Part shown: positions 7,830 to 11,855 of the stretch, one piece after another
Layout of the letters: the number at the start of each line of letters is the position of its first letter
How positions within the stretch are numbered: position 1 is the stretch's first letter
Assembly: GCA_029838195.1 (NCBI GenBank)
Contig: JALGVJ010000063.1
Span: forward strand, 1-11,855
Source: Promethearchaeota archaeon
GTDB lineage: Archaea; Asgardarchaeota; Lokiarchaeia; Sigyniarchaeales; SOKP01
Direction of reading: 5' to 3'
DNA length: 11,855 nt
The notes under the pieces: generated by a model
Database searches by the model: none
Told to the model about the DNA's origin: nothing
The model's input: the letters and a program-made list of their open reading frames with translations, nothing else
Program-made: the position numbers and the translations under genes

Positions 7830-8747
7830 ATGGCTTATTCTAAATTAGGAGAAATGTTAGAAAAAGGGGAATTTATTCTCACGGGAGAATTAGAACCCGA
7901 AAAAACGTGTGATTTATCTCATACCATTCAAGAAGCCAAGGAAATGGCCCCCTACGTGGTTGCTGCGAATGTCACGGATAGTCCCCTGGGAATCGTGACG
8001 ATAAATTCAATGGCAGCATCGGCCATCATCCAGAGAGAAACGGGGCTAGAATGCATTTGGCAACTCACGGTAAGAGACGTGAATAAATTGGGCATAGCAG
8101 GAATGATTATGGGTGCTCATGCGCTCGGAATAAGAAACATGCTCTCTCTAACAGGAGATCATCCTGCCTTGGGAGACATGCCTGAAACGAAACCGGTATT
8201 CGATCTCGATTCCGCTACCTTGATCAAGCTAGCTCGAGAAATGGTGGATAAAAAATCCATTAATGGTCATGAAATTGAATGTCCTCCAACCTTACATATT
8301 GGCTGCGCTGCTAATCCTAATGCCGATCCAATGGAAGCAGAAATTATTAAAATTGGTAGAAAGGCCGAAGCAGGAGCAGAATTCATCCAGACTCAAGTTG
8401 TTTATGATCTCGATCGTACCATCGAATTCTTGACTGAAATTAAAAAGTATAAAGTGCCCGTGTTATTAGGAATCTTTCCGATGAAAAGCTATGCGATTGC
8501 GAAAGGTTTCGATGAGTTTGTTCCGGGTGTAGACGTCCCTAAAGAGATCCTCGAAAGATGGAAAGCCGTGAAAAAAGAAATTTCTGATAAAAAGGAACAA
8601 AAGCGCATGTATGATCAATTAAACTATGAATTTTTCAAGCCCTTCATTTCTGAACTAAAAAATAAAGGGTTGATTGGAGGCATCCATTCCATGGCCGTGC
8701 ACTATACGAGGATTTTTCCAAAAATCGTAGAAATCATTAAAGATTAA
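7830..8747 (+). CDS. metF: 5,10-methylenetetrahydrofolate reductase flavin subunit MetF
   Basis: TGELEP, ANVTDSP, QLTVRDVN, LSLTGDHP, KAEAGAEFIQTQVVYD and GIH motifs of MTHFR. GAGGTGA Shine-Dalgarno at 7815-7821 favours ATG 7830 over 7806. Confidence 0.93.
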   Translation: MAYSKLGEMLEKGEFILTGELEPEKTCDLSHTIQEAKEMAPYVVAANVTDSPLGIVTINSMAASAIIQRETGLECIWQLTVRDVNKLGIAGMIMGAHALGIRNMLSLTGDHPALGDMPETKPVFDLDSATLIKLAREMVDKKSINGHEIECPPTLHIGCAANPNADPMEAEIIKIGRKAEAGAEFIQTQVVYDLDRTIEFLTEIKKYKVPVLLGIFPMKSYAIAKGFDEFVPGVDVPKEILERWKAVKKEISDKKEQKRMYDQLNYEFFKPFISELKNKGLIGGIHSMAVHYTRIFPKIVEIIKD

Positions 8748-8804
8748 AAGATCATCCCTCTATCCTTCACTTCCGAATTCATGCCCATCTTTTAAACCCA
8801 TGGC

Positions 8805-8832
8805 TCTTTTTACCTCTCTTTTTTTCTTTTTT
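8805..8832 (+). terminator. Oligo-T terminator after metF
   Basis: Pyrimidine-rich tract with T5-T7 runs about 60-85 bp after the stop. Confidence 0.5.
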
Positions 8833-8965
8833 AAATCCCAATTCAACCCAAGGATATTAAATCTATTTCATTCCAAGCGAATGATAGTTTAACTCATCGT
8901 CCAAGTGTCACGGGTCATTAAATATATAATGGATTATTAAGTTAATATCATAATTGAATTAATTT

Positions 8966-9466
8966 TTGAGCTCGCTTTCTATTTTGAATCAGAATAATTC
9001 CAAAACACCTCAGAGAGAAAAACTTTTACCCCTCTTAGAAATTCTCCAAAACCACTATGAGAAGGAAGTCACAAAAGGATTGTTTTTTAACTTGAGGAAC
9101 GCAAATACCCCACTCGATATCATGGGCGTGTTAGATGTCTTAAAGTATAAGATTCAAAAATGGAAAAACACGAGTATCTATTTTTATAATGGTGTTTTAT
9201 TCGATTATCAGCCGATCTTGGTGATCGGCTCCGATACTTTCGATGAAGCAGCAAAAATCATTATTTTAGTCTACATTTCTCGAATATTTGAAGATAAAAC
9301 CGATGTCTCCTCCTCCATGTTAAAGGATGCTTTAATAGAATTCTCCAATTTAAAAAACACCCTAGAACAACACGTAAAAAAAAATCTCCATGAGGGCTAT
9401 CCCGAGAACCCTGAAATCGAAGAAATTCTGGTAAATCACTTAAAAGAATTGATCTCCTCCTCTTGA
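8966..9466 (+). CDS. Hypothetical protein, 166 aa
   Basis: Protein-like alpha/beta composition, TTG start, TATA-like ttaaatatataat near 8918-8930. No family recognised. Confidence 0.7.
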   Translation: MSSLSILNQNNSKTPQREKLLPLLEILQNHYEKEVTKGLFFNLRNANTPLDIMGVLDVLKYKIQKWKNTSIYFYNGVLFDYQPILVIGSDTFDEAAKIIILVYISRIFEDKTDVSSSMLKDALIEFSNLKNTLEQHVKKNLHEGYPENPEIEEILVNHLKELISSS

Positions 9467-9914
9467 ATTTAATTTATGGAATTCTAATTACATTTTATAA
9501 GGCAAAACTTAAAATTTGAAAGATGAGGGAAGGCATGGTACCTTAATTAATCAAAAAATAAACAAATTAAGGAAAATGGTATAAGATTAAATGAAATAAA
9601 GATGCAATTCTTATCGTGAATCACATTATCCTAAAGAAATGCTCCACATCACTCATCCAATCATGGACAATTATGTAAATGAAGCCAGAATAGAATTATT
9701 AAATTAAAATAAAAAAATTGGGAAATTTAAAGCCATTCATTGAAAACGGATTAGATCCATGAGATTATTTAAAAAGAAAAAAGAAAAAAATGAAAAAATT
9801 TAAATAAGTAATAAAATAATGTAATGATCATACCTAAAATATTTAAAAAAAATTTATGGGAATCCATGAAAAACATTTTATTTATCAATTACAAATTATA
9901 AAAGAGGAGGATGG

Positions 9915-10601
9915 ATGAAAATGAAAACAAGACCATTTTTCTTTGCGTTTTTGCTTCTCACTCTTCTGACAATTACCATGGCGTTTAATGCTCATGCTGC
10001 CGATTATGCATTGGGGATTTCAGAAGATGATGAACTTATCTGGCGAATAACTACCGCAGACACGTCAGAATTAGAGGATTTGGGCTATAATACTGCTGAT
10101 GACCGGTATCAAGAAGGCTCCAGAATGAAAATACAAATAGAAAAAATCGATGCTACTCATCCGGATTATTGGAAAATTCATATTGAATATTGGGACTGGA
10201 CGGATCAAGATTTTAGTGGTTCAGGAGAGACGAAATATGGATATATATATAAAGACCCAACAGATCCGTGGGCATTCTTATTTGTTCTTGCCACTCCCTT
10301 TGTGCCAACTCCAGTTAATTCTTATTTAGAAACCGCATTCGACGGCACTACTATTGATGTGGATGATACGACCGTGTCTCTGGGCTTTACTTACTATGGC
10401 GAGAACTATAAATTTTCATACACGTATAGAGAGTCTGATGGCGTTTTAGAAAAATTCGCATTAACTCAATCCGGTACCGAGATTTACGCTTATGAATTGG
10501 AAACGTTCCAAATTCCCGGATATGAACTTACAATTCTGTTAGGCATTACCCTGATAAGCACGTTCGGTTTGATCTATCTCGTAATGAAAAAGAAAAAGTA
10601 A
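9915..10601 (+). CDS. Secreted/cell-surface protein with signal peptide and Loki-CTERM-type C-terminal anchor
   Basis: Signal peptide MKTRPFFFAFLLLTLLTITMAFNAHA (AxA cleavage site), acidic beta-rich body, and C-terminal IPGY + TM helix + KKKK. GGAGG at 9906-9910 suggests the true start may be 9921. Confidence 0.88.
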   Translation: MKMKTRPFFFAFLLLTLLTITMAFNAHAADYALGISEDDELIWRITTADTSELEDLGYNTADDRYQEGSRMKIQIEKIDATHPDYWKIHIEYWDWTDQDFSGSGETKYGYIYKDPTDPWAFLFVLATPFVPTPVNSYLETAFDGTTIDVDDTTVSLGFTYYGENYKFSYTYRESDGVLEKFALTQSGTEIYAYELETFQIPGYELTILLGITLISTFGLIYLVMKKKK

Positions 10602-10618
10602 AAAATACAAAATATATG

Positions 10619-10634
10619 ATTTTCTTTTTTTTTT
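10619..10634 (+). terminator. Oligo-T terminator after the surface protein gene
   Basis: T10 run at 10625-10634 within a longer T-rich tract, shortly after the stop at 10601. Confidence 0.6.
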
Positions 10635-10680
10635 AATTTCCTCAATTATTATATTTCAGAAACTTTTATCGAATGAAGAT

Positions 10681-10805
10681 AGGCGGCTGGTAACATTGCA
10701 TGCCACTTATCAATAATTGAATGGTAAAAGGCTAAGCTTCTCGTGATGTTTTAATTCGCTCGAGGTTAGAAGCCATGAATAGTAAGCGAGCTATCATGGT
10801 ATTCG
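10681..10805. ncRNA. Candidate structured non-coding RNA adjacent to the Sm gene (strand unresolved)
   Basis: GC-richer than flanking intergenic DNA with no convincing ORF. Hairpins gcttct/agaagc (10736-10773) and ccatga-a-tag/ctatcatgg (10773-10799) have complementary loops tcgct (10756-10760) and agcga (10785-10789). Confidence 0.4.
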
Positions 10806-10844
10806 ATCATTTTAATCCACGTTAATCATTTCTCAACAAGACGC

Positions 10845-11105
10845 TTAGAGAAGCTCGGAGGCATCGGGTTTGATGAAGAGAAGATTGTTCCCTCGGATGA
10901 AGAGCTCATTATATTTTGCGATGGGCGAGCCATCCATGATTTCAGTGGCGTCTTCTAAAATCATGTTCATGTATGCATCAATTTCTTTAAGCAAGCCTTT
11001 ATATTCGGTTCCATCTTTTAATCGAAGTAAAATATGAGAATTTTGGCTATTTTGTAAGATGGAAAGGGGGTTTTTTGACTTATAATCAGGGTTATTTTTT
11101 GACAT
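10845..11105 (-). CDS. Sm-like archaeal protein (LSm domain; SmAP2/Lsm6-SmF-like)
   Basis: Sm1 motif LRLKDGTEYKGLLKEIDAYMNMILEDA and Sm2 motif KYNELFIRGNNLLFI. Confidence 0.95.
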   Translation of the reverse strand: MSKNNPDYKSKNPLSILQNSQNSHILLRLKDGTEYKGLLKEIDAYMNMILEDATEIMDGSPIAKYNELFIRGNNLLFIKPDASELL

Positions 11106-11130
11106 GAGTACTTTATTCCTTAAAAAAACT

Positions 11131-11146
11131 TATTTATATATATTAA
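11131..11146. promoter_or_regulatory. TATA-rich element in the divergent Sm / methyltransferase intergenic region
   Basis: tatttatatatattaa about 26-40 bp upstream of the Sm start codon, consistent with a short-leader transcript. Confidence 0.5.
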
Positions 11147-11270
11147 GATAAAACATTTAAAGATAAATATTTTGAAACTTATCATGTAGTAAAAACCTTT
11201 TTTAAAATTAAAACTTAATGGTCATGGAATAGAGGGGAGACACGAGATTTCCGATAAAAAGAAAAAGATA

Positions 11271-11828
11271 ATGGAGAAATATGATGCCACTGCATTTTTC
11301 TATGATCAGCGGTATTTACCCCTTCAATTAAAAAAATATGAATTCATGGAGGTACATCACCTCTTTTCTAATACAATTATGTTGGATGCAGGGTGCGGGA
11401 CGGGATTATTACATGAGCATTTTAAAAATAAATTTCAAGGAAATGTGATAGTGAAAGGCTTTCATGTAGGAGTAGACCTCTCATGGTGCATGCTGAAACT
11501 TTTTCAAGAAAAGCTGCAAGTACAACCCGAGCCAAAAAACATTGTTGTTTGCTTGATACAAGGAGATATGGATCATTTACCCTTTCGGGATCAGAGCTTT
11601 AGTTCCGCCTTTTCCTTCACGTCCTTGCAAAATTTACCTGAAATTTCCAATGGAATAAAAGAGTTAGTTAGGGTGAGCAAGAGGGGGACATCCGTGCTCA
11701 TTTCCATTTTGAAAAAAAGTGTAAACATGGACACTATTAAATCTGAATTTTCTCAATATTTTACGTCTTTTGAAATGTTCAATGAGGAATCTTTAGAAGA
11801 TGTGATCTTCTCATGTAAGGTAAAATAA
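11271..11828 (+). CDS. Class I SAM-dependent methyltransferase (Methyltransf_11-like)
   Basis: Motif I MLDAGCGTG, then VGVDLS..ML, LIQGDMDHLPFRDQSF and ELVRVSKRG. Confidence 0.92.
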   Translation: MEKYDATAFFYDQRYLPLQLKKYEFMEVHHLFSNTIMLDAGCGTGLLHEHFKNKFQGNVIVKGFHVGVDLSWCMLKLFQEKLQVQPEPKNIVVCLIQGDMDHLPFRDQSFSSAFSFTSLQNLPEISNGIKELVRVSKRGTSVLISILKKSVNMDTIKSEFSQYFTSFEMFNEESLEDVIFSCKVK

Positions 11829-11855
11829 AGAATCATCGAATTTCTTACTTATTCA

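Noticed and set aside
9541-9572. Inverted repeat ccttaatt/aattaagg
   Set aside because: An 8-bp AT-rich arm is expected by chance at this base composition.
10640-10844. Possible rpl37e, tRNA, C/D box sRNA or twister/hammerhead ribozyme downstream of Sm
   Set aside because: No Cys/basic L37e ORF, no cloverleaf or T-loop, no proper RUGAUGA plus CUGA pair, and no ribozyme core seen.
1-11855. CRISPR array, rRNA or tRNA genes
   Set aside because: No regularly spaced 25-40 bp repeats, cas genes, or rRNA/tRNA signatures were seen.

Overview
AT-rich archaeal window, most likely from a Lokiarchaeia/Promethearchaeota (Asgard) genome. This is inferred from a C-terminal 'IPGY-TM-KKKK' Loki-CTERM-type sorting signal, a zinc-ribbon LRR protein, a URO-D/MtaA-like protein, an archaeal Sm protein, TATA-type promoters and oligo-T terminators. 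The left end (1-~1000) is mobile or accessory DNA: the tail of an unidentified + strand ORF, a truncated IS607-type TnpA HTH with its probable left end, and a very AT-rich small PD-(D/E)XK nuclease with a zinc ribbon. Next come an LRR protein, an alpha/beta-hydrolase fragment, a URO-D/MtaA-family protein, a divergent pair of hypothetical genes (one a multi-TM protein), a metV-metF (MTHFR) operon, a hypothetical gene, a secreted Loki-CTERM protein, an SmAP2/Lsm6-like Sm gene and a divergent class I SAM methyltransferase. The most intriguing signals are non-coding. (1) A ~130-nt structured element directly 3' of the Sm gene has two hairpins with complementary loops, the U5 snRNA loop-1 nonamer GCCUUUUAC and an Sm-site-like tract followed by a hairpin. 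(2) A multi-hairpin leader followed by a T-tract lies upstream of metVF. Both were found by eye and are unverified hypotheses.
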